From Malacoraja senta (taxonomy: Eukaryota), in the NCBI GenBank assembly GCA_038087875.1, contig CM075990.1, positions 16,618,001 to 16,682,000 on the forward strand: DNA of 64,000 nucleotides, in the 5' to 3' direction. The position numbers were made by a program, and so were the translations under genes. Of the stretch, positions 13,106 through 29,970 are shown piece by piece. The notes beneath the pieces are model-generated. The model was not told where the DNA came from. It ran no database searches and worked only from the letters and a program-made list of their open reading frames with translations. Numbering within the stretch: position 1 is the stretch's first letter; every line of letters starts with the position of its first letter.

Positions 13106-15115
13106 ACAGTTTAGTTTATTGTCACGTGTACCAAGGTACAGTGAAAAGCTTTTATTGAGTGCTATCCTGTCAGTGGAAAGATTATATATGATTATAATCA
13201 AGCCATTTACAGGTATACTCAAAATGCTGGAGTAACTCAGCTGGTTAGGGAGCATCCCTGGAGAGAAGGGATGAGCGAGGTTTCGGGTCAAGACGCTTCT
13301 TCAGACGAAGAAGGGTCTCGACCCGAAACGTCCCCATTCCTTCTCTCCAGAGATGCTGCCTCACCAGCTGAGTTACTCCAGCATTTTGTGTCTCCCTTCG
13401 ATTTAAACCAGCATCTGCAGTTCTTTCTTACACAAGCCATTTAAAGTGTATCGATACATGATAAGCGAATAACTTTAATGCAAGGTAAAGTCCGATCAAA
13501 GATAGACCTCTCTGTGATTGATCTTTGTGTTTGTGGTGTGCGTGTGTCAGTGTGTGTGTCTGATCAGTTTAGTTTAGTTTATTGTCACGTGTACCGAGGT
13601 ACAGTGAAAAGCTTTTGTTGCGTGCTATCAGGTCAGTGGAAAGACAATACATGATTAAACCCCTGTCTCACGGTGCGAGCTGACCCACGAGGTACCCAGA
13701 GCTTAAAACAAATTTAACTCGTGGTAATCACGTACGATTAACGTAGCGGGAACGTCGGAACTCGTGGACGCAACTTAGCGACTCTTGGCACTAACAGCAG
13801 GTACCCGTGAAACTTGTTAACTCTTGGAAAAATTCAAACATGTTTAAACTTTTCCACGAATAAAATGTATTCTTGAGGTTAAAATTTGAAACATTTAAAC
13901 ACGTAAGAACGCAGTGGCCCGTGCGATTACCTTAGTGACTCGTGAGTCTACCGTGGGCACTCTTTAACTCAGCAGGCAGGCAGCATCTCTGGAGAGAAGG
14001 AATGGGTGATGGGATGACATTTCCAAATTTGGGGGGGAGTGGGTGGTTGGAGGAGGGAGGGGGGGGGTGGAGGAGAGAGGGTGGAGAGTGGAGGGAGAGG
14101 AGGGGGAGACAGATGGGGGTGTCTTCATTCACTAGCGGCTGGTGCCGGTCACTGAAACAGGCAGGTGAGATTTCACATCCACCTTGTGTGTGTGTGTCTC
14201 TCTCTCCCTCCCTGCCTCTCACACAGGCTGAGAGACTCTGCCTCTGTGAGTGTACGTCTCTTTCTCCCCCTCTCCCACACACAGTAAGACCGAGGTAAGT
14301 CCATCTGTGTAAGTCCATCTGTGTCTCCCACATACACAGTAAAACTCTGCTTTTGTATATACGTCTCCCCCCATTTCTCTCTTCCCCCCCCCACCTCTCT
14401 CTTTCTCCCCCACACACAATAAGACCAATGTATTCTGCTTAGTCTCTCTTCCCTCCCACACACACAGATAGACTGAGGTCCTGTGCGCTCTTTCTCTCTC
14501 CCCCACAGTCACGCCGAAGTACACCACACTGCCTCTGTGCCTCTCTCTCTCTGTCTCTCTCCCCCTCTCTCCTTCATACACAGTCAGAGGTCCACACTGC
14601 CTCTGTGCCTCTCTCTCTGTGTCTCTCTTCCCCTCTCTCCTTCATACACAGTCAGAGGTCCACACTGTCTCTGTGTCTCTCTCTCCCCTACACACACACA
14701 CAGACTGAGGTACACACTGCCCGTTGTGTGTGTGTGTCTGCCTCTGTCTCTCTCTCCCACACACACAGTTAAAGGTACTCCACGCTGCCTGTGTGTGTGT
14801 GTGTGTGTCTCTCTCTCTCTGTCCCACCCCCCACACCCACACACAGTCAGTCAGTCAGAGGAACTCCACACTGTGTGTGTGTGTGTGTGTGTGTGTGCGC
14901 CTCTGTCTCTCCCTTTCACAGTCAGAGTGAGGAACTCCCCCCGCAGTCTCTCCGCGGCCTCTCCCCGGGCAGGGTGCATCTGCCTCCCTCAGGCTGCCCA
15001 GGCAGTCAAACACGACTCCGGTGGCGGGCTCCATGCACAGCTCCTGCCGGCCGGCTGGGAGCGGCGACGGAGGACAGGGGGAAGTTGGCCACCAGCGGGG
15101 CAGTCTCGGCTCTCC

Positions 15116-16317
15116 ATGCAGTCCGAGTCTCGCTGGATCCTCGTAATCCTCTGCCTCTGTCAAATCAAGTCAAGTCACATTTATTTATATAGCACATTTA
15201 AAAAACAACTCTCGTTGGCCAAAGTGCTTTACATTTGTTATAAGAATAGCATAAACAAAACAAACTACATACATATATACATGTAGCCCTCACTCAGAGG
15301 ACGTCAGGAAAGGCTTGGGAGTATAGATAAGTCTTTAGTCTTGACTTAAAAGAGTCGATGGAGGGAGCAGTTCTGATGGGAAAGGGGATGCTGTTCCACA
15401 GTCATGGGGCTGCAACCGCAAAGGCCCGGTCGCCCCTGAGCTTATGCCTAGACCGTGGGATATTCAGCAACCCCAAGTCGGCCGATCTGAGGGGCCTGGA
15501 GGTGGAGTGGTGGGTGAGAAGACTTTTTATGTAGGTGGGGGCAAGCCCATTGAGGGCTTTGTAGACATGGAGGAGGATCTTGAAGTTTATACGGAACCGC
15601 ACAGGGAGCCAGTGGAGAGAGGCCAGGATTGGGGTGATGTGGTCCCTTTTTCGGGTGCCCGTCAGGAGTCTCGCTACGGCGTTTTGGACCAGTTGCAGGC
15701 GGGACAGGGAAGATTGGCTGATGCCAGTGTAAAGGGATTGCAGTAATCTAGGCGGGAGGAGATGAATGTGTGGATGATCTTTTCCAGGTCATCAAACTGG
15801 AGGAATTGTTTTATTTTAGCTATCGTCCGAAGCTGAAAGAAGCTAGCTTTTACCACGGCATTGACTTGTTTGTCAAATTTCAGTGCTGAGTCAAATATCA
15901 CGCCAAGGTTTTTGACATGAGGTTTGAGTAGTGGGGTAAGGCTTCCAAGGCTGCCTGCTATCATTTTGATTGAGTCCGAGGGGCCGAGAAGGATGACCTC
16001 AGACTTACTCTCGTTTAGTTGGAGGAAGTTCTGGGCCATCCAACACTTTATATCCTCGAGGCAGCGGGTAAGGTTAAACAGATTTGATTGGTTTTTGGGC
16101 TTCAGGGGGAGATAGAGTTGTGTATCGTCTGCGTAGCAATGGAAGGAAATGCCGTGCCTTTCAATGACTTGGCCTAAGGGGAGCATATACAGGGAGAAGA
16201 GAATGGGGCCAAGGATGGAACCTTGTGGAACCCCACAGCACAGATTAGCTGGGGAGGAGAATGAGTTGCCTATGTTAGTCGAGAAACTCCTACCTTTGAG
16301 GTAGGAGATGGGTGAGT
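15116..16317 (+). pseudogene. Possible captured signal-peptide first exon (MQSESRWILVILCLCQEM-G|GTGAGT) split by an L2 insertion
   Basis: Removing the L2 gives 55 coding nt ending at a GTGAGT donor (16312); GC-rich leader upstream. Confidence 0.4.
15161..16309 (-). mobile_element. 5'-truncated L2 LINE (RT C-terminal half and 3' tail)
   Basis: SYL.GR..GVPQGSILGPILFSLYM..YADDTQLY..SRLDYCN; LPVRFRI.FK-like and GDRAFAVAAP motifs; AATAAA plus (GACTT/GATTT) tail. Confidence 0.92.
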
Positions 16318-17786
16318 TTAACCTGACCCCCCAACCTCCCTCCACCTCAACTCACGCCTGGGCACCAAAGCAGCTCAGGAGGCGAACCCTGAGCTCCGTC
16401 TCCCAACAATCTGATGTGCGCATCCGTCCACATTCAAATATTTAATCTCCAGTCTCCCCGCAGTGTGTAGACCTGGCAGTAAATTCAATTAAAATATAGC
16501 AAACCTCCGCCTGCTGGTCTTCTAACTACGTGATGTGTGTTTCAAACAAATCATCAGTATAACTGCCCTGGCACTGGACGGTGCGCATTTTCCCTTTGTA
16601 GGTCACATAAATAGATGCGGCTGCGCTGAATTCTATCTTTAACTCAAAGCCGCAGGATGGAGATGTTGCTTATTAAAACAGACCTTCATTGAAGGTTGGC
16701 TCAAGAGTAACTCGGGAAAGGAACTTGTTAACTCGGGAGACGAACTTGGAACATCGCAGAAATGACAGTTAACGGCAAACTTGAGTCATACCCGTGGGAA
16801 CTCGGTTAAACCCTTGATCATACACTTGGAATCTCGTGCACAACCACGAGTCTTTCGCTCGGGGTACCTCGTGGGTCAACTCGCACCGTGAGACAGGGCT
16901 ATTACAATCGAGCCATTCACAGTGTATAGATACACGATAAGGGAATAACGTTTAGTGCAAGGTAAAGCCAGCAAAGTCCGATCAAAGATAGTCCTCTCTG
17001 TGTGTGTGCGTACGTGCACAAACGCTGTTATGCAATTACATTAATAATTGTGCACAAACTTTCAGGAGAAGATTGAAGCCAAGAATGGAAAAAAATACTT
17101 ACTAACAAAATCTGCCATTTATTTTTGCACTGCGCTTTATTTAAATAAAAGGTGATGACTATATATGTCTTCCTTTGTATCAGCTCATACATTGAAATGT
17201 CAAATGGCTTATTCAGTGTCTACCATTGAGGGACAATAGACTTACTTCACTGCAGGGCAATATTTAAATAACATCAATTATAATAATACTCTAAATCTTA
17301 AATTGCTTATATCACTGTACTCTATCACTGTGGTTTCAGTAATTGCTTAATTTTATCTTTGCGCTAATTATGAGGCATGATCAGAGTCTTGGAAGTTTAT
17401 AATGACTATTGTCTTTTATGGGTATGTTGTACATAGCGAGGAGGTGACAATACAGAGGATCCGGATTAAATAATGACTTTTCTTGTTGGTCACTTGATTA
17501 CAGACATTGAGAATACAGCTGATCTTAATCTGTGAAGGAATTAGTAAATTGCCAGTAAATTCTGTGAGTAAGCCGTGGGACCAATTTAGCGATTGTTCAG
17601 CTTCATGCAGTAGGTTTTGTAAAACACAGCGTCTCAGATAATCAGCTTGTTCTCCATTCCTGTGCTGTTTCATGGGCAGAGTGTGAGCAATGGCGCAGGG
17701 GCTGCCACTAGGGGACTGTAGGGCTCCATAACAAACACTGACAAACAAAAGACAATTCCCCTCATGCTGTCCAATGTTGTCGTGGA

Positions 17787-22302
<4,516 letters not shown>

Positions 22303-22761
22303 CTGAATTTCCAAATTGAAGAGCAATATACAATCAAAGAATGAAATACAATTGTCTTTAATTTCTGTTGAATAGTGACTTTAAATGTGTGCTTGGGAAA
22401 TCAGAGCTTTTTCATTGTGAGTGATTTCTGCACAAACAAATGGCATTAACTGATTCAATTTATGTTAAGTAAAATGCGCCATATGCTGCTTTAGCAGACT
22501 TTGACATGTAAGTAAAAATTGATCTCTGCCTAATGAATAATGCAAGGCCATTTTCCTCTTAATGCATAATGTTCTGTGGTCTGCCAGTGTATTCGTGTTT
22601 ATTAAGAAATCACCGCAATGCTTTTAAAGAAATGTGGTCTAATGACAAGGAATAATATGCTGTTTGCAAATGAATCCGAGCAATCTTCTCATTTGAAATC
22701 AGGTTTAAATTTGAATTTCACAGTTCAAAATGCCATCCGATTAGATGCCAACACAAGGTGA

Positions 22762-23403
22762 TAAGGTCATAAGTGATAGGACTAGCCATTCGGCCCATTA
22801 AGTCTACTCCGCCATTCAATCATGGCTGATCTATCTCTCCCACCTAACCCCATTCTTCTGCCTTCTCCACAAAACCTCTGACACATAGAAACATGGAAAA
22901 ATAGGTGCAGAAGTAGACCATTCGGCCCTTCGAACCAGCACCGCCATTCAATATCATCATGGCTGATCATCTAAAATCAGTAGCCTGTTCCTACGTTTTC
23001 CTCACTATCCCTTGATTCCTTTCGCTCTAACATGTTCCCAATGTTGGGCGAGTCCAGAACCAGGGGCCACAGTCTTAGAATAAAGGGAAGGCCATTTGTG
23101 ACTGAGGTGAGAAAAAAACGTTTTCACCCAGAGAGTTGTGAATTTGTGGAATTCCCTGCCACAGGGGGCAGTGGAGGCCAAGTCACTGGATGGATTTAAG
23201 AGAGAGTTAGATAGAGCTCTAGGGGCTAGTAGAATCAAGGGATATGGGGAGAAGGCAGGCACGGGTTATTGATTGGGGACGATCAGCCATGATCACAATG
23301 AATGGCGGTGCTAGCTCGAAGGGCCGAATGGCCTCCTCCTGCACCTATTTTCTATGTTTCTATGTTTCTATATTAAATCTAACTCTCTCTTGAAAACATC
23401 CAG
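22762..23403. mobile_element. Nested CR1 3' ends (plus-strand copy 23030-23370 inside a minus-strand copy)
   Basis: Shared CR1 3' UTR sequence in both orientations. Confidence 0.85.
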
Positions 23404-23541
23404 TATTACCTGTACTAATCAAGAACATGTACACTACACAAAGTCAAAGTCAATTTTATTCGTCACGTGCACCCGAAGGTGCAGTGAAATGAATTTGCCA
23501 GCAGCGATACACTTAGAAAAAGAAAACACATACACAATAGA

Positions 23542-23715
23542 TTTTTTTTAATTTTTTTTAAATTTTTATTTATTAGAAGTACATTACATTACAACCACAT
23601 ACATTAGTACTCGTCATTTATATCTTCTTATAATTAATGTACTCCATTTATTTTTTACACTAGAAAAGGAAAAGGTTGAAAGAAAGAAGAAAGTGAAGGA
23701 AAAAGTGAAAGTGAA
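23542..23715 (-). mobile_element. Short poly(A)-tailed retroposed 3' end (L1/Tx1-like) inserted in a Rex-like tail
   Basis: Poly(T) run; reverse cttctaataaa signal; TSD acaataga (23534-41, 23716-23). Confidence 0.55.
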
Positions 23716-24029
23716 ACAATAGAATTTAACACAAACACCCACCACAGCGTTCTTCACTGTGGTGGAAGGCAACAACGTTCAGTCAGTCTTCCTCCTTTTG
23801 TTCATCCGTAGTCGGGGCCATAAATACTTGCTTAACAAATAGAGAATATCTTCAGATTTTGTGTTTGCCACGGTGTGAAGGAAACTCGGACCCCAGAAGA
23901 CCAAAACTCACCAGTTGTCCTGCTAATAAGGTAGTCCTTACTGACTATCTGCCTTCTGGGCTTCATACAGTTATGCAGCCACTGTAGATCCCACAATCAA
24001 TGTGATTTCATTGTAAGTGGCATCATAGG

Positions 24030-25130
24030 TGGAGAAGGTGGCTTTTGGCACATTGGCCTTCACGGGTCAGAGTAACGAGTTCAGAAGTTCAGAGGTCATG
24101 TTACAGCTTTGTAAGACGGTGGTGAGGCCATATTTAGAGTATTTTGTTCAGTTTTGGTCACCATGTTGTAGGAATGATGTCGCCAAGCTGCAAAGGGTGC
24201 GGTGAAGATTTGCGAGGATGTTGCCTGGACTTGAGGGCCTGGGCTACAGGGAGAGGTTGGGCAAGCTAGGGACACTATAGAGGTGTACAAAATCATGAGA
24301 GGAATAGATCGGGTAGACGCACTGAGTCTCTGGCCCAGAGTAGGGGAATCAAGAACCAGAGGACATAAGTTTAAAGAATTCAAGAATTCAATTCAAGAAT
24401 TCAAGAATTCAATTCAAGAGAGTTTATTGTCATGTATCCCAGATAGGACAATGAAATTCTTGCTTTGCTTCAGCACAACAGAATATAGTAGGCATGAATA
24501 CAGAACAGATCAGATCAGTGTGTCCATATACCAATGAATATATATATACACACACAAATAAACAGATAATGTGCAATGGGCTATTTAATGATCAGAGTTT
24601 TGTTTGAGTTGAGTTTAATAGCCTGATGGTTGTGGGGAAGCAGCTATTCCTGAACCTGGATGTTGCTCCTGTACCTTCTACCTGAAGGCAGCGGGGAGAT
24701 GAGTGAGTGGCCAGGATGGTGTGGATCCTTGATGATGCTGCCAGCCTTTTTGAGGCAGCGCCTGCGATAAATCCCCTCGATGGTAGGGAGGTCAGAGCCG
24801 ATGATGGACTGGGCAGTGTTTACAACTTTTTGCAGTCTTTTCCGCTCCTGGGCGCTCAAGTTGCCGAACCAAGCCACGATGCAACCGGTCAGCATGCTCT
24901 CTACTGTGCACCTGTAGAAGTTCGAGACAGTCCTCCTTGACAAACCAACTCTCCGTAATCTTCTCAGGAAGTAGAGGCGCTGATGTGCTTCCTTAATAAT
25001 TGCATCCGTGTTCTCGGACCAGGAGGGGCAGCTTTTTTACACAAAGGGTGGTGGGTGTATGGAACGAGCTGCGAGTACTACCGCAACATTTAGACAGGTA
25101 CTTGGATAGAGTAGGTTTAGAGACATATGG
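24030..25130 (+). mobile_element. CR1 fragment interrupted by a Rex1 copy
   Basis: LVRP.LEY.VQFWSP-like and YKIMRGIDRVD...TRGH segments; resumes at ~25023 with FFTQRVVGVWNEL. Confidence 0.8.
24375..25022 (-). mobile_element. Rex1/Babar LINE 3' end
   Basis: ORF 24644-24943 nearly identical to 334-642; (TTGAA/TTCTTGAA) tail. Confidence 0.88.
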
Positions 25131-25439
25131 ATCTGGAGAAGGTCTGAACAAGGGAGCCAACTCGAAACGTCACCCATTCCTTCTCTCCAGAGATGCTGCC
25201 TATCCCGCTGAGTTACTCCAGCATTTTATGTTTAGCTAAAGTTTGTTGGTTTAGATAATAACCAAGATTGTCTGCTTCAGCCAAATCCTGCTATGTTCTG
25301 GTTTTCTTGCTCCAACGGTGCAGAATGACTCTTGGCTGCTGTCTGTAACTTTGGTGAATTTGTACTCCAAGGGCTAAAGCACTGCGCGATTCATGTATGA
25401 TGTAGAGTAGGCACCAGACAGGAGCATCTTCACTGTGAC

Positions 25440-25890
25440 GGGCGCTGACTGTACGGAGTTTGCATGTTCTCCCTGTGACCACCTGGGTTTTCTCCAGGTG
25501 CTCTGGTTTCCTCCCACATTCCAAAGACGTGCAGGTTCGTAGATTAATTGGCTTCTGTGAATTGTCCTTGGTGTGTAGGATAGAACTTGTGTACGGTTGA
25601 TTGTTGGTCAGCGCTGACCGAGTGGGCCAAAGGTACACAAAAATGCTGGAGAAACTCAGCGGGTGCAGCAGCATCTATGGAGCGAAGGAAATGGGCAACG
25701 TTTCGGGCCAAAACCCTTCTTCAGACTAATAGGGGGTGGGGGGAGGCGGGGAGAAGAAAGGAAAAAGGAGGAGGAGGAGCCCGAGGGCTGAGGGAGCGGT
25801 AGGAAGGGGAGGAGACAGCAAGGGTTAACGGAATTGTGAGTGGGCCAAAGGACCTGTTTCCACGCTGTATCTCTAAACTAAGCTAAGCTA
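25440..25890 (+). mobile_element. HE1-type SINE interrupted by a Penelope-like 3' end (~25634-25837)
   Basis: TSD gagtgggccaaagg on both sides of the insert. Confidence 0.75.
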
Positions 25891-26007
25891 ACCAGTCTGA
25901 AGAAGGGACTCGAAGGTCACTCATTCCTTCTCTCCAGAGATGCTGCCTGTCTCGCTGAGTTACTCCAACTGTTTGTGTCTAAGAAGCTAAGCTAATATAA
26001 TGTGTGT

Positions 26008-26215
26008 ATATGTTTAAGAAGGAACTGCAGATGCTGGTAGACAAAAATGCTGGAGAAACTCAGCGGGTGAGACAGCATCTATGGAGCGAAGGAATAGGTG
26101 ACGTTTCGGGTCGAGACCCTTCTTCAGACTTTGTGTATATGATTTGTCCCCTGTTTTTTTCACCCCCCAGAGTTTCAGTGAAGGCGAGAGTCTATGTTGG
26201 ACAATTGAGTCGTAC
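26008..26215 (-). mobile_element. Hammerhead-containing Penelope-derived short element with an ~85-bp leader
   Basis: Reverse complement of 37543-37757. Confidence 0.7.
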
Positions 26216-27169
26216 ATCTCTTTCAGTCAGCAACAAATGATTTCTCCTTAAAGGCCTGATAATGCAGGACCATCGTCCTGGACAAATCACTTCTAAAAAC
26301 ATGCATCAGCAAGCGGGAAAAAGCCATAAAGCTTCACCTGCACAGTAAATGCTAAGAATCACATTCCTAACAGCATTAAATCTAGCAGAGTGATTATAGT
26401 CAGTGGCAGTTGGGAAGAATCATTATGGAACCTCCAGCACACTGAGACTCCTAATCAGCCAGCTTATTTAGTGGCAAATAACACAATCTAACCCTGTTAT
26501 TTCTGCAGCATTATGTCGGGAATAGCGCATACCATATATATACACTACCTACTGCTGTGAAATCAATTGCAGCCAGACCTCAGGTGGAAGCGGTGAGAGT
26601 AATGTCTATTGGGGGGGGGGGGGGGTGGGGAGTGTGAAGGACTGACTATTCTGTCACCTTGACCCTGCATGAGATTTGTGATGTTGGTGTCTCCGGTCAT
26701 GTTCGGACACAAGTGGAGACAATGCCCTGATTAAAACTATGCCAGACTTGGTCAGAAAAGAAGCCAAGAGTTGAGATTCCTTGCAGGTTGCTCCGTAAGT
26801 TTAGGATGGTGAATGAATTGCTTCAGTAATGACAGGCCTCTCATTTACTCCCGCCTAACCATTATTCCGTATCGATTTTCCGATGAAATATCAGTTCCGT
26901 AAGTGGCTGGGTTGCGGCTCACACCCACAGAATAACCACAGCTGTCTCTTCTAAATGGGACTTCTTCTTATTAAAAAAATATTTGCTTGATGCGCTGTCA
27001 AAATATTTCTGGTCTCTAAGCCCAGCAGTGCTCCTTTTTAAATGTGTTTTTAATGAAGTTTGTCATCTCACTTTTGGTGCACTCCATAGCAGCAGCCAGC
27101 TGGGGATATAGACCCAGCCTTCCTGCAGAACCAAACACGGAAGGGATATCTGATGCTCTCCAGCATTTG

Positions 27170-27475
27170 GAGTTTACTTTAGAGATACAGCGCGGAAACA
27201 GGCTCTTCGGCCCACGAGTCCGCGCCGAACTGCGATCCCCGTACACTCACACTATCCTACACACAATGGGGACAATTTACAATTTTACCGAAGGCAATTG
27301 ACCTACAAACCTCTATGTTGTTTTTGGAATGTGGGAGGAAACCGGAGCACCCGGAGAAAACCCACGCAGGTCACGGGGAGAACGTACAAACTCCGTACAG
27401 ACAGCACCCGTAGTCAGGATCGAACCCGGGGGTCTCTGGCTCTGTAAGGCAGTAACTCCACAGCTGCGACACGGG
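27170..27475 (-). mobile_element. HE1-type SINE
   Basis: Reverse complement of the HE1-type copies at 43981 and 63742. Confidence 0.85.
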
Positions 27476-27876
27476 GGGTGGGGTGGGGGGGCTAGGGAGG
27501 TGGTAGGGACAAGGCCACAGAGCAGACAGAGGAAGAGGTGGGTGGTAACTGTGTTTTGTCAGCCCATGGCTCAGGCCATGAATCAAGCAGGCTGCATGGA
27601 TGCTTGGTGTTCAAACGTGATTCACTGAATCCCAGAGAAGGCATGATGAGCTGTTCCTGGTCATAATCGCCAACCAGAATTTAAATTTAAAACATTTTTC
27701 TCCCTTCTGCTCTCTGCCTTGAAGCTGTTGACTTCTCGCTGGGATTTATTCCAGCAGATTCTTTACTTTGCTCGTGGCCATAATTCATTGGGGGGCCATG
27801 ACAGTAAATGTTGCCAGATTCTGTGACTGCAATGCAATTATTCCTGTCGAGTCTGATGCAGTCCTTGCTTGGCAAT

Positions 27877-28405
<529 letters not shown>

Positions 28406-29156
28406 ATTTTGCATTCTTTGTTTTGCAAACAGTTCAGTAAAGTTAGACAATGAATAAGCCCAATCCTAAATAAGTACAGAAGAGCAGCCTGAGGCCTACC
28501 CTGGTGGAGCAGTGACTTGGGCAACGCCAAGGGCAACAATGTCTTGGGCTGAAGATCTGTTGTTTTCACATCTTGCACTCCCTTTCTAACCATCCATATC
28601 TACAGTTTCCCTCTCCCCTGACTCACAGTCTAAAGAAGGGTCTCGACCCGAAACGTCACCCATTCCTTCTCTCCAGAGATGCTGCCTGTCCTGCTGAGTT
28701 ACTCCAGCATTTTATGTCTATCTTTGGACTTAAGGTAGTGGCTGACTCCCCCCCCTCCCCCCTGTCCTCTCCCCCCCCCCCCCCTCCGCAAACAGGCAGA
28801 GTTAGGAGGAAGAGCAAATGAGCAAACAAATATCTGGCAGAAGCTACAAGGAGAGGATTTTAATCTCCCTAATATTAGCTGAGATACAATTAATGCAAAA
28901 GGTGTAGAGGGCATGGAAATTCCGAAATTGTATTCCGTGTACATTTTTTTTAGTCACCATGTAGTGAGAATGAAGCCGGATCAGCAGGGGAAAGGATTTG
29001 CGGTCGTGGATAAGTTAGACTTAACGTAATTATGGAAAAGGAATAGAGGCATTGGCCAGCTGTGTTAGAATGTGAAGTGATTTGATTTAGCAAAAGTGGA
29101 TGGGAAACGACCACTTAAAGATAGATCAGTCTCAGAGCGATGTAAGGAATTTAACA

Positions 29157-29337
29157 GACTCACATTTTTCTATTTTTCATTATCTAACTTTTTTCTTTTT
29201 CTTCTTTATTTCAAAAAAAAATTTAAATAAGAAGCTGTACATAAAAGGTATTATGAAAATATGATTGTATACAATTGTACTTACTTCTAATAAAATAAAA
29301 CAATTTAAAAAAGAAAAAAAGAAAAAAAAAAAAAAGA
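29157..29337 (+). mobile_element. Short poly(A)-tailed retroposed 3' end (L1/Tx1-like)
   Basis: cttctaataaaataaaa followed by an A-rich tail; TSD aatttaaca (29148-56, 29338-46). Confidence 0.55.
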
Positions 29338-29682
29338 AATTTAACAAAGAGGTCAGAGCAAACTAATGTGTAGGAAGGAACTGCAGATGCTGGTTTACAC
29401 CGAAGATAGACACACAATGCAGGAGTCACTCAGCGGGCCTGGCAGCATCTCTGGAGAGAAGGATTGGATGACGTTTCGGGTCGAGACCCTTCTTCAGAGC
29501 AAATGTTTCCACAAAGACAAAGTTGGACCTCAAGTACAAAATGTAGACCACTTGCTGGGAAGCTCAAATACCAAGGAGCATACACTTGAAGCAATTGTTA
29601 GAAGGATTAGAAGTGTGGTGAGGAAACATAATGTCACGCAAAGTGCGCTAGAGGTTTGGAACTCATTACCTGCATAGTTCAG

Positions 29683-29970
29683 GTTAGTTTATTGTCACGG
29701 GATGTATAGTGAAAGGCTTTTGTTGTGTGCCAATAATGTTTTGTGCTAGGTAAAGCCAGTAAAGTCCGATCCAAGATAGTCCAAGGGTCACCGATGAGGT
29801 AGACAGTAGTTCGGCACTGCTCTCTGGTTGTGGAAAGATGTTTCAGTTGCCTGGTAACGGCTGGGTAGAAACTGTCCCTGAATCTGGAGGTGTGCGTTTT
29901 CATACTTCTATACCTCTTGCCTGATGGGATTGGGGAGAAGAGGAAGTGGCCAGGGTGCGACTTGTCATGG
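29683..29970 (-). mobile_element. Rex1/Babar-type 3' end, second subfamily
   Basis: SHPGHFLFSPIPSGKRYRSMKTHTSRFRDSFYPA. Confidence 0.8.

Larger units (their letters stand above)
13658..16901. mobile_element. PIF/Harbinger-like non-autonomous DNA element with ~2.7 kb internal cargo
   Basis: ~45-bp imperfect TIRs (ccctgtctcacggtgcgag.tgacccacgaggtaccc.gagc); TTA TSD at 13655-57 and 16902-04; flanks rejoin into one LINE-tail repeat (acatga-tta-caatcgagcc). Confidence 0.85.

Noticed and set aside
14855..15163. Minus-strand 102-aa ORF as a Harbinger transposase or Myb protein
   Set aside because: No DDE or Myb/SANT motifs; open by GC richness and runs into a CA repeat
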